From Zygnema circumcarinatum SAG 698-1b (taxonomy: Eukaryota > Plantae > Zygnematophyceae): a stretch of DNA of 64,000 bases. Each line of letters begins with the position of its first letter. The stretch's first letter is position 1. The notes beneath the pieces are model-generated. The model was not told the DNA's origin, ran no database searches, and worked only from the letters and a program-made list of their open reading frames with translations. Below are positions 14,501 through 30,431 of this stretch, piece by piece. The DNA is taken from the NCBI GenBank assembly GCA_037447605.1, contig CM074804.1:6115909-6179908 (forward strand). Direction: 5' to 3'. The position numbers and the translations under genes are program-made.

Positions 14501-17500
14501 AACGAACACTCGGAATAGTCGTTTCTGTTGAAGTCTACATCCATCCTAAAAGTTTCACGAAGTTGATACAAGACTTGACCTTTTCCTCAAAACATCTCAG
14601 TCATGACCTACGCAGAAATTAGACATGAATGCGGTAATTGAATCTGCATGCAGAAGAATATTGAACAAACGCGGTGGACCTACTCCTGAAAGGTCGTACA
14701 TAAGCACTGGCTTCTGCGCTCAATAGCTAGTGCTCATAAGCACGTAAAGGATTGTTTCACAGGCCGCATTCATAACAGCACTGATCCCATCCCAGTCATG
14801 TTCACGTATGCAAGTTCTACTCAAGCTCTTTGCACTCTGGGCCAGCTGCATAGTCTACACTTCACATGGTTGTTCTGTGCACTTAACAAGTTCGTGCTCC
14901 ACATTTTTCCATGCTTTTTTTCCAAAGGTCAGATCAGGAATCCTTCGACAACAACATGCTTGAACACAACACAATTTCCTTAGCATCTGCGGTGGACAAC
15001 ATCAAACAAGTTTAGGCTCCAAGTCATTGATTGAGCTTACCTTCACTACAACTTGCTCAATTCGTGGCATGGTAACGAGAGCTATTCTGCCAACAACAGA
15101 CTCATCAACGGGCACTTTTCTCCAACCCACAACCTCCAGACCCTCCTTTATAAAGACCTCGTTAATCACTGCCAGTGAGAAAAAAAAATACAAGAGATTA
15201 GGGCTTATTTTTCTAACCTCATATCACCTGGCCATGGAACGATTGTGCGAAAGAAAAACATGCATGAAATTTGCTGCACATTTGAAATAAAGCACTCCTT
15301 CTGGAAGGCCAGTAAATCTTCACTTTCTCAGTATCAGAGAACTCCGTGGATCCAACAAAAAAACAACCGAAGCCTTACGCTCGACAGGAACAGATCAAAT
15401 CCTCTTAGACAATTGGAAACTCTTTCTTCTGGGATTTTGTTTGCATTATACTGCCTGAATTCCAACTGCGATCAAGGCGAGCCATGAAAATCGCGTACTG
15501 TCAGCTTTTCAGAATCACGATTGTACACAACTTCGCATCCCCAAAACGACGCCTATCAAACGCCAGCAACTATGAGCATTAGTTCTGACTCACGTTCTTT
15601 GGCAGCTTTTGCTCTGTCCTCAGACTGTGGGAGAAACACCATTCCAACACCAGTCACTGCAGGATCCACCTCTGGGAGGCCCTCAGCCTTGAGCCATGTG
15701 CCTAACAGCTTCCAGGGAATCATTGTCATCAGACCGGCGCCATCGCCAGAGTCATTGTCAGCACTACAGCCTCCCCGATGTTCCATGCATCCGAGAGCAG
15801 TTAAACCCTGTCTCCAGCACAGCCAACCGCATACTCTTGTCAATGCATGATAAGTTTTTTCAAGAACAATAAGATGATTGTCTTATTTTTGTGTAACTCC
15901 GTCACGAGCGACTTGTAGAACGACAACTACTTCAACCTGATGTTCCATAACTTTCTATTAAATCAAAAGGGCATGGTTGCCATCCAGTCGGAGCGACGAC
16001 GTGATGCCATCGGTCTACAAACTCCCAAGAGGAAAGGTGAGGAAGGAGGAGAGGCAGACATACAACGGACACATGAAGACATAGGAATACCATTGATGAG
16101 CTTAAATATTCACCAGCGGTTACGATCCGAACAGCAGCTAGGCCAAATTAACAGCCAACCAAAATAGAGCCAAACCTGCTCCACAATCTTGTGATTGGCC
16201 TCGTTCTTGAGATTGGCGATGAATCCAACTCCACATGCATCTCTCTCGCTCAAAATATCTTCCATGTTGGCCACCTGACAACCCAGAGCCAATGGTATTT
16301 CGCAGTTCAGATTAAACAGAGAAATCACACTTAGAAAGAGAACAGCACCGGGAGATTTACGTAATCAAAAGGCCTATGCTTGAGATTTTTTAAGGGAAAA
16401 CGGAAGTCGATTCAAAGGTGTGTTGCAAGTGAGATAACCACTCATGGCCATATTAATTGACAACCTGGGCATCCTTAAAAACGTCAAGAAAATGCAAACG
16501 AAACATCACTGCTACAGAAAGTGAGTCGTAGTCATTTGTAGGTTTAACAGTGAACTATAAACAGCTCGCCCAGCGAAAAACAGTAACATATAATGCTATA
16601 CAAGCAAACTGGAAGATTGGTAGATATCGAAGCATTAAAACGTCGAATTTGAGGGGTGCTTTAACAGCAAGTAGCCGGTGGGAGGATTACAGACAAGAAG
16701 CTTGGGAGAAGTGGTGTGCGGGTGGAAGCCTTTTATTAGGAATCGAGAGAGCGCCGGCAAGGTGGAGGCACGAGTAGGTTAACAAGCAACAATCAAGAGA
16801 AAAGACTAGTCCGTCCACTCAAAGCTTTCAAACTTCAGCAGTATAGCGCTTTTACTCTCAAATTTTTATTCAACTTAGCACTTACTCCCTCCTTTCTCGT
16901 ACATTCATCCCATCAGATAAACCTGAAAGGATAAAGCTCTCAGTCAAAAGGTCTGACCCCGAAGGACTAGATTTGACAATGGCTGTCGTGTGTACTCAGG
17001 CTTCTCTCAAATGCCCAGTGACAAGGTTTTCACAACGACCTGACTGCTACCTCAGCATGTTATTTAAGCTTAACCGGCCGCCTACCTGCACAGCTGCAAT
17101 TTGCTTGAATTCGTCTTGTGTCGACACCTTCGACACTGTCCAAACCAGCACAAGGTGCAGACAAGTCTCGCACTTCAGCTGTGCATGCAATTGATTAAAG
17201 CCCGCAATCTTTTGGCTGCATTCTCGTTGGTTCGTCAGCAGCCAGCAGTAAACCGATGTACGACTCGAAAGCCAAACTTTGCCCTCATACAAAGGCGAGA
17301 GTTCAAGGTAGAAAAAAAAATCAAGTAACCTAGCGTGCTAATTCATTGGCCAGGCAGGCTCTCACATACTTTACATCCAAAGCGGGCACATCCTTCATGC
17401 TCCTAAACATAAGGCTCTAGCTTCCAACACGTCTTTGGTTGTTCGCCACTGAGCAAGAACCACTCGACGCTTCGACACTGAGCAGATACCGAAGCAGCTA

Positions 17501-17962
17501 CGGACTAAAACTTGAGAAAAATTGCACATACAGTCCAATCAGCGTGACTCATGAAGTGAAGTAACCCATGATAGAAGCCTAAAGGCTGCCTTAGAAAAAA
17601 AAAAAAACCATGACCTCTGCTTGCTATTTCTACGGGAAACAGCTCATGCGACTTGAAAATCCATGACAAGTTGGACAACATCCGTCTGCAAACAGCACCC
17701 CGTCGATGTGCTTATTGTTCTGCACTAAATAAGGACCATATGTACACGACATAAAAATCTCACCTGGCTTTCCGGCCATTACCCTGGCAGACCTATTCGC
17801 AGACTTATTCTTCACAGCAAACCGCAGTAATTTTGCTGCGGAGAACTGGCCAGACTTTAGATGGCAACTACTGGGAAGCAGCATGGGGGCGCCATGGCGG
17901 GCTGAGGCGGCGAGAGTGCTGCTTGCAGAGGCGGATAGCGCCTGGGCGGCAGCGCAAGCCAT
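2594..17962 (-). CDS. GLU1: Ferredoxin-dependent glutamate synthase (Fd-GOGAT), plastid-targeted, many exons
   Basis: Ntn-amidotransferase start [13 protein letters not shown] (exon 16274-16176), [28 protein letters not shown], Fd-type loop [38 protein letters not shown], [3Fe-4S] motif [15 protein letters not shown] and GXGXG domain ([11 protein letters not shown]). The protein ends ...EQLVMQSA* with no NADH beta-subunit domain. Exon 1 is 17962-17764 and exon 2 is 17135-17086. Confidence 0.97.
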
Positions 17963-17970
17963 GGCGGCCT
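16800..17970 (-). repeat. Left arm of an inverted segmental duplication; copy of RPI exon 1, intron 1, exon 2 and part of intron 2, now the 5' end of Fd-GOGAT
   Basis: The reverse complement aligns by eye with 18870-20135 in both exons. It also aligns in intron blocks such as ATAAGCACAT, GGCTTTCGAGTCG, GGGGTCAGAC..GACTGAGAGCTTT, CTGATGGGATG and CTAGTCTTT. Confidence 0.93.
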
Positions 17971-18877
17971 TAGTGGCTTCCAGGGCAGGCGGAATCATGC
18001 GAGCGAGGCGCGAGGAGGCGACAGCAGGGTTCGGTTAGAGGCAGGGCCGCCCTCTTATACGGCACCACGCCCGGCCGTCCTCGCCCTCGCCCTGTGTTGT
18101 TGCTCGCGTTGCTCTGCTTGCTTCCTCTCCGGCCCCGAAACGGACTCCGGTACAGACAGACAGACAGACCGACCGGCCGGCCGGCCAGCGTGGACCCCGC
18201 GCAAAGCGGCTGGCCACGTGGCCGGCGCGCCAGCCAATGGCGGGCGCCACTCGGCCCGCGGATTGCTGTGCGAATTACTGAACTGCGAGCGAGCGCGACG
18301 GAGGGAGAGAGGCGCGACGCAGTTCCAACGCAGTTCTTCTCAACGCAGTTTTGTCCAGGCCGCTGCGACGACATGGAACCAGCACGTGAATGTCTACGTT
18401 GGGCGGGTGTACTTAACCAGCATAGAATATTTCCGGTACGGTACGATACGCCACGGTACGGCACGGTATCGACGTATCGCGGCGCTGCCCATCGCCTCGC
18501 GGTCGCAGGGCCACCCACGCCTCGCACGTGCCGCGCGCCCTCCCCGCCGCCCCGAAGGCCGCTGCAGCGCAGGCGGGAAGGGCGACGTCGTTCAGTCGGT
18601 GCAGGTTGCAGCCGTACGTTGGCGGGCCAAGTCAACCATTGCTACTGGTCGGTTCCAACCATTGGTTCGAGACTTTGCCAAGCGTTTATTTTCATCGTTT
18701 CTCCGTTTCTGTGCTTCATGTAGTCTAGTCGGATGGCCAGCGGACGGTCGCCAGGGACGGAGCAGGCGGCATGGAGCCTCGGGACTTGCGAGGAGTCTCC
18801 ATGCCGAGGGGGCGGCGCCGAACCCTCCAGTCTTCAGGATAGCGTTTGTAGCTTGCCTTAGATAACCCGCGGTCGCC
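17963..18877. promoter_or_regulatory. GC-rich bidirectional promoter/5' leaders shared by GOGAT (-) and RPI (+)
   Basis: 915 bp lie between the divergent ATGs. There is a TATAAG on the minus strand at 18059-18054, G-boxes CACGTG at 18215, 18383 and 18525, CCAAT at 18234, and a (CGGTA)-like GTAC cluster at 18433-18470. Confidence 0.7.
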
Positions 18878-23119
<4,242 letters not shown>

Positions 23120-24281
23120 GCGAGTATTAACTAGCACCTGCAAATGTCCTCAAAATGAGAGACCTTTTTTTCTATGTCATCGGGTGTGCCCGAAGCAGAA
23201 TGTGGACTGTAGCGGGCAATGCTTAATTTTGGTTATGTGATAGTGTGCGTCCGTAGCAGGGAGGTACGTGAAGAGCCGCTCTTGCGAAGCAGGGCGTAGG
23301 GTTGCTATTTGTTTCAGCATAGGTTGCCATCTGAAATGTAGAAAGCCCATTTCTTATATTTACAAGTTCTGGAACCCGGTCTTTTTCTCCTATGCATGAC
23401 TATGGCAAATGTGTTCCATGGTCTGTTGTGTGAGTGAGATGAGCCCTTTGGCTCGGCTCTGCTTGGAATTGGTCAATGCTCGTCAATGTTCAGACATGCC
23501 TGGCAACCTGCAGTGTTTGTATGTCTTCCTGTTATTACAGTTTCATGCAAACTGAAGTGCAGTTTGCATGCAGAAGCTGATCATACAGGGGTGGTCGTCT
23601 TACCGGCCAAAAGGGGCCTGTTGACCGCTTATGACAGTATTCAAGCAGAACCAGTCCAGCGTGTGAGGACCCGCTGCGTCCTTTCATACAGTTCCGCAGC
23701 CTATCAACGATTGTCCTACCTGCCATTTGCGCGTTTGCAAAGTGAGGTCCTACGACAATGCAACACGGGAATAGTTTTTAATGAAAATCAGTTGGTCTCT
23801 ATAGACATACAGGGAAAATGCTTGCCTCCTGTACATCCTCGGACACTGCAGCTCAATCCTCTTAAGGAAAGAAGGTTCAAAGAACAGAGGTTTCTCGCTT
23901 CGAGGGGTTCCAACATAAGTCCAGCCTCACTTCCACCCCGCCATGGCAAAAAAATGTTGCCCACAAAATAAGGTTGCCAAGCTCTACCTGTCATAGAAGC
24001 GAATAAGAAAGGGACCACTAAGCTGAATTGCAATCAGAGGGGGGTCCTACAGTATTGAAGCACAGTAGGTATTAAGACTGTCGCAATACATAGAACAAAT
24101 GTGATAGGGGGGGAATTGGCGTTGACCTCACGATAGCGATTCCATCAAATCCCCGTGGACAAAGACGGAGGAGAACCGCCGTGAACCCGCACACGACCTC
24201 GGATCAAAGGACGCGCTTCAAGCGCCCCTCTGCTTCCAGGCGCGCCCTCGAACAACAACTCCACCGTCCAGTAACTACCAA

Positions 24282-24629
24282 TAGGGATGGCCGTAAAATT
24301 AGTACTCAAGTGTTTAAAAAAAAAAAGAAAAAAAAAAAATCCGGTTTGAAACCAAACATTTAGAACTCTATGGGTGACGTCTCACCACGTCATGATGGCG
24401 TCATACCAGGCCGGAAGTTGCTACAAGAGACCATCTTGTCCCAACTTCTGCCGTCCGTACGACCGTACAACATTCGCTCGAATAAAATAAGTTCAATGTT
24501 TTTGGGCACTAATTTCATTTCATTTAATTTCATTTAATGTCGGACTCCCCAATTTGGTTGAGAATACCTGGTTTAAATCACAAAGTTCGAAACCAGAAGT
24601 TTGATGTTCCGTACAGCCGGCCATCCCTA
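24282..24629. mobile_element. Non-autonomous hAT-like MITE (~348 bp)
   Basis: Perfect 12-bp TIR TAGGGATGGCCG (24282-24293) / CGGCCATCCCTA (24618-24629), resembling Ac/Ds TAGGGATG ends. The 8-bp flanks ACTACCAA and CCCACCAG match at 5 of 8 positions, consistent with a decayed TSD. No ORF. Confidence 0.65.
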
Positions 24630-25148
24630 CCCACCAGCCTCGCCTCGCCTGAGTCGCCTCAGAGCGCGAGCAAGCTTCAGCTTTGGCTCGCCGTCCCGCG
24701 TTCCCCATTTGTCCGACGACCGTACGGCGGGAGGGGCATATGCCCCTCCGTGCCCGGGGCACGAAGCTGACGTCACAAGTACCGTACGGCATGCCCAGAT
24801 TTGACACGAGTCAAAACTGGCGAAAGTAGGCACAGACTAGCGGCGGTGGGTACGACTTCTGCAAACTTTTTATCCAGAAAGAGCGACTGGCAGTCCACCA
24901 CGTGGCGATACGCGATTGGGCAAGGCGCGTCAGCCGCCAGGCGCGTGCCCGCTCCCTGATAGGACATGACGGCAGCCGTACATTCGTACGGGATTTGATC
25001 TCATACGGACGGACGGGCGGCCGCAAGTGGTTGATGCCGGGGGGTTCCATCAACCGCCTGCAGCAACAGAGTGGACGAGGGCGGGAGGATTTCGGGGGAG
25101 GACGGCCGACGTGGCGCCGACGTGGCAAACGGGGAGAACTCACCTCAC

Positions 25149-25309
25149 TAGGGGGTGTCAGACTTAACAAAATCTTACGAAAAGCGTTACGAAAAAAAAG
25201 GTTACGAAAGTACTCCGCCGCAGGAGGATCGCGATTATATTGGAGTACTCGTTCTGATGTCAAACTTACGAACACGCGTACTGAAATTTTTTAAGTCTGA
25301 CACCCCCTA
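25149..25309. mobile_element. Small MITE (~160 bp), Tourist/PIF-Harbinger-like or Tc1/mariner-like
   Basis: 19-bp perfect inverted repeat TAGGGGGTGTCAGACTTAA / TTAAGTCTGACACCCCCTA. The flanks read either as a TA TSD or as a 3-bp ACT TSD. The interior is AT-rich with repeated TTACGAA. Confidence 0.75.
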
Positions 25310-26095
25310 CTGGGCAGGGTTCCGCAGAACTTTGACCGTAAAATGCAAATCGATCCAATCGCGCGCCAGCACGTGGCGCCGAAGATCCTCGACATCACAG
25401 GCTGAATGGCTGCCACGCTGGCTCGCGGCCGTACAGATTCGGAATGTGTACAAACGTAGCTGAAGTCAAATTGTCCACGTGGCGCGCGCTGATTGGAAAG
25501 CGCAACGATGAAAACGCAACGCTCTCCATCGCCGGGTGCGGAACGAAAACGCCACTGGACGGCCTCAGTGGACGCAAGGCGACGACGGCTCATCCGTTGG
25601 CCGCAGACTGCACGCGTGCACTCGCCCTTCGCCATTCGATGACCGACAGCAGGCAGAGAGGGAGGGAAGGAGGCGGCAACTGCCTCCGTGTGGAGCACGC
25701 ACGCCAAAGAACCAGAAATGATTTCTTTACCTAACGATGGATGGGGAGGGATGTATGAACAAGGTCGCACTGCACGTGGCAACTGTGTCGCGCCTACACT
25801 CCTACGCAATAAATTAACTACAAAGGGAAGACCTAATGCTAACAAGTTAAATAGCGTGTGGTTACCATGCGAAACCTAGATAAAGGGTAAAATGGACCTG
25901 CTGCCTAAGTTCTGCTATCTATTCTCTAATCTCTCTGCGCACCTACAACGCCTCCAGCGAGTCAAGGAGACTTGACCTCAGACTCTCCGTTGCTCACTAA
26001 GGGTCAAATAGGCGCTTATTGCTTTCTACCAAAGAATTAAATTAAACTCTACTCCTAAACTACGTCCGACCCGATAAACGAATAAGTAATGAATG

Positions 26096-29000
26096 TCACC
26101 AGCAAATGGCCATCTTGCAGGCGCCTCCGAGATGTGCCCGGCCTTCGCAAGCCGCCCTGTCCAGCCAGTCGTCGCCTTTGGCGTCTTGGGGCTCACCCCT
26201 CCTCAGCTGATCCCCGTTGACAGTCTGCCGGCAAGCAGGGCCCTGCAGAGGTGCGCGGACAGCACAGGCATCAGCTGAGCAGAGAAGGACTCATCAAAAG
26301 GAACACACAAAAGTAAAGCAAAATGGCACTTGTGGCCTCCACGCCACACTGCCAAGATGGGCACAATAGCAGAGCGCCTCTCACCGCAACAAAATCATCC
26401 GCCATGAGCTCATTGATGATTGAAACATCCATGATGCGGCCCTCTGCTAGTTGTCTCTGCTTATCTGAAAACGCCAAGGAAACCGGAGGTCCTCCGTGTT
26501 AAACTTCACTTACACGACATGTACAGCCAGAATAAGGCCGTTCAGTCGGCTATCAAAATGCTGACAAGTGAAGGCCAGATACCAAACTAATGCAACGTAT
26601 GTTTGCCAGGTTGGTTTTTGTCGTCTCTATAACCCGTAATACTGTTGAAAGTTTGATTCTACAAGTGATTGTAGCCCCCTGATCACAGAATATAATGCTA
26701 GCGATTTAAGATTTTTTGCCGACACCCGAATAAGTACACAGGCCATCTCAACAGATTAGAGCCAAGGACCATTCTTCTAAGCCCTTGAATTAATGCCGTT
26801 TCAAAGTCCTTCAGCATCTAGTTTCTATTTCGTGTCTCACACTCTGGTTACTAAATCTATTGGCAACCCGTATCTCTGGATCTGCTGGTAAAATTCATGC
26901 TTGCTAGGTTCTTAAGTGCTCCCAACCAAATCATAAATATATCTATCCTAAATGTAAAGCTAGCATGAAGGACGGATAACTGAAACCTGTGCATGCTGCA
27001 GTGAAATCTATCTCCCAATATCCTCCACAAATAAGCTCATGAGGAAATTAAAGGAATCTTGGGAAACGAGTAAGGTCAGAATGAGTGGATCCCAGGATAG
27101 AGGATGAAAGCAACACAGATGCAAGGGACAACTATCAGAAATCAAAAGACTAGACAGTTCGACAAAAGAGTCAACTCACTGTACTCACTGACTGTACGTA
27201 GTTATTGAAGCTGAGGAAATAAAAGTGAAGAAAGTATGCAGATGAATGAGGGGTAACTGACACTGACTGTCTGTGTAGAAAAAGCGGACAACTGGGACAC
27301 TGAAAACTACAGATTGGATACACTAAGGTTTGAAAAGTCAAAGTTGTCTTAGAGACAGTCCAAAATATGGTTTGCAGTCTGAATTGATAGGACGACCTCG
27401 AGCTAAAGGATGGATCGAAAACCAAAATAGTGGAAGAAAACAGCGGCTTCAATAAAAGTAGACCTACTACGACTATACCGCGTACCCCATTAGGTCTGCT
27501 GACTGTGTCTCTTGCTGTCCATGGGTTGCCTCAATGTCTCACAGTATTTTCCAATTCCAGTTTAACAACGTAAACTTGCATTATTATCTATCTTACCTTC
27601 CAAACATTGAGCAGTGAAGAAGCGGTTTTGGCAGCAACTTACCGTCAAGTTTCATGTTGTAAGAAAGCAGCGTGCGTGCAGCTTCGCGAAGGCCTAGACG
27701 GCGGCGCCAGACTGCGAGACTCCAGGCGGACTCTCCACTTCCCAGGAAAGCAGCAGAGCGTATTGCAATTTCTTGCTCAATCGCAGATAATGCCACATTC
27801 AGGCTTCCCACCTGCCCACAGAGATGGTTCATTGATCGAGTCAACGGAAAGTGATCTCTTTTAATGTGTAAATCACTGCATTGAAAGAAGTGGCAGGAGC
27901 TAAATCTCGAAAGCGACCAAAAGCTCAGGTTATATTTCATGTGGATTCATTTGCCACTCCACTTGCTAGTTACCTGCTTTGTTCCTAAGCCAATCATCGA
28001 CGCAATGTTTCCTCGACTCAGTCTGGAGCCATCATAACCAGATGGTAAATGCTTGCAAGACCAAGTCCCAGCGACAGTGAGGCCCTTTTCCCTCAGAGGT
28101 TGAATCACCTGTTCATCCATAAGAGGCGCGGCTGTAATACGTTAGTTATGGATCACAGAACTTGAGGTCGTAGTTCAAGGTGCAACATTTTGGCTTGAAA
28201 AAAAACGTAAATGAAATGAAATGAGATGTAAAATGTAGAAAATGTATGAAAATGTAAAAAAAATGAAATGAAATGTAAACGTGAATGCTTCAGGCGACGC
28301 TCACCTTCTTCAGAACAGCGCAACCATGTCCCTTCACCATCCAGCCATCTGTCGCAATGTAGACTGATAAAACGTTCAAGGCAGTTGCTTTGTCATAGAT
28401 AGCATCAATAATGTCAGAGATTTGTAATTGAACACCCGGCCACATTTTCCCTGCAACAACATTCATTACCGTTAGTGTTTTGCAGACTTCATTTCATCTG
28501 CGACAGGTCATTTTGTTGACTAGTTGAAACTTATATTCCGAAAGACAAGCGCATAGATAAGTAATTCATTTTTAAACTACGTGACTTCATCCTTTGTAAT
28601 CGTTACGGAATGCAAGACTTCGAGTTGCCTTTAAAGTGGGGAATGGTACCTGGAGGGCAACTGCTGCCATTGGCCCGAAACTCAGCCCATGCAGCGCCCA
28701 ACGGCGTGCCAACCGGATCGTTCGGTTCAGACCCGTCCCGACAGCGCGGGAAGCAGAGACCAGGCCCTCTCCCTTCACATGATCCCTCTTCAAAACGCCA
28801 ATGAACTGGAGCAAGATAATGCCAAACACATGGCCAAAAGCAGAAGTTAATATGCTATATTCGTTGAAGAAACAAGCTTCCAGTAGACCCCGGAAAGGTG
28901 CAACGACGGAAGTCGGTTGAACAAATAAACCAGCATGATGTATCTGTTTCACAAAACAAGTAGCCTGCGTTTCATCCAGAACAAATACTCAAAAGGAAGC

Positions 29001-30431
29001 AAGTACACAAAAATGAACAGATTGAGCCTATTTACCGAATAACAAACGTGTGGAGCGGACTGCCTAGTGGAATCTTACAAACCTGCCAGAAACGGTTCCA
29101 CGGATTTAAAAGCAGCTTTCAAGAGTGCATCAGCCTTCTTCCGAATGGCAGGTGATGAACGCAAAAAAGGGGCCAGTGCCAAGTGCGCCCCTCTCCATCG
29201 CAGACCAGGAAATATCCCTCCGAGAGCAGCACAGTGTTCCATGTGACCACTCAGACCATCTTGTACGTCAGCAACGCTTGCCCATGTCAAGTAAGTCCAA
29301 TTGAGGTCAACCTGCACCGTCGCTGCTCAGTGTTACTACAGGATTGTAGGTTCTATGCCCTTAAGATAAATGCCGGAATAGGAAAATGCTTTTTAGTGCA
29401 ACATCAGGTGGAGACTAAAGCAGCCTGCTAGCTTATTTCGAGCCGCTAACTCGAAGGCTTCTCACAATTTTCCGGAACGGTTTCTCTTCATTCCATCCAG
29501 GAAACACACTCCAGCTCTCGACATTTCTGAGCTGCAAAAAGGTGTCTAGCTGGCCATCGCATCTCCTCCTGCATTCCTGCATGTCCATAGTATTAACAAA
29601 CCGTCGAAGGGAGTCCAAATCATAGCGATCTTCCATCTGAAGTCCCCAAACAGAATCATCTGCAAAACACGCATATGGTGATGTACGATCTCAGCTTGAG
29701 CAGAAATGAGACACAGATTTGCACGTTCCTTATTCTCAGACGACCTAAAACATGAGTTGAGGATGAGGAACGGCCTGATTTAGAGCTAGCTCGATAGAAA
29801 ACATACCAAGAATTAACTAACAAAACTCTGAGTTGTTGTTCTGAGAAAAAATAAGGAAGAGAGGAAAAAGTGCAGAGAGTGGAGGGCAACTCACCAACGC
29901 TATTCGGAGGATTTGGAAAAAAGTCAGGCAAGCATATTGTTCGATTGAGCATTCGAGCTATGAGCACAGCGGAAGCAAACTCAATCGCCTGATTGCCTTC
30001 CCCGGCATAATGCGTGTACATGGGGATAAGAAGCTTTTCATTGTCAGCAATATCCTGCGATGACCAGCGAGACGCAGAGTCATTTCCACGTGATGAATGG
30101 ATAACCCTACTGCAAATGCACACTACAATTCGTCCATACACGCTGTCCGACCAGAAGGTGCTTGCAAAGAGAATATCGGACAATCTCCAACAACGCCGAG
30201 CAGAATACATGTCTTTGTCGTACTCGTAAAACAATAAACGAAATGCGACCAATTCAGAACACATTTATGGCCAGCAAAAAGATAGTAAACTGCAGTTGTC
30301 ACCTTTGTCTCATCAATGTCAATGCTCTGACTCAGAAAGTTTCCTTCACCAATTGAGCCAGCGGATACAGGGCAAGCTGACCAAAGAATTGTGGCCATGA
30401 TAGTAGCAACCATTCGAAAATGAAGAGGCAT
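26096..30431 (-). CDS. GDP-fucose protein O-fucosyltransferase-family (PF10250-like, GT-B) glycosyltransferase, paralog A; hydrophobic signal peptide
   Basis: YAGEGNQAIEFASAVLIARMLNRTICLP (compare POFUT1 GNQ...LNRTL.VP), VHWRFE, VYIATD, EQEIAIRSAAFLGSGESAWSLAVW and a Cys-rich end DDWLDRAACEG...CKMAICW*. Exons are collinear with paralog B. A 5'UTR exon probably lies near 31660-31760. Confidence 0.8.
28205..28285. repeat. Degenerate (AAATG)n simple repeat in an intron
   Basis: Repeated aaatg/aaatgt units are visible directly. Confidence 0.7.

Noticed and set aside
23486-24270. Possible small gene downstream of RPI
   Set aside because: No consistent exon chain or recognisable motif was found on either strand.
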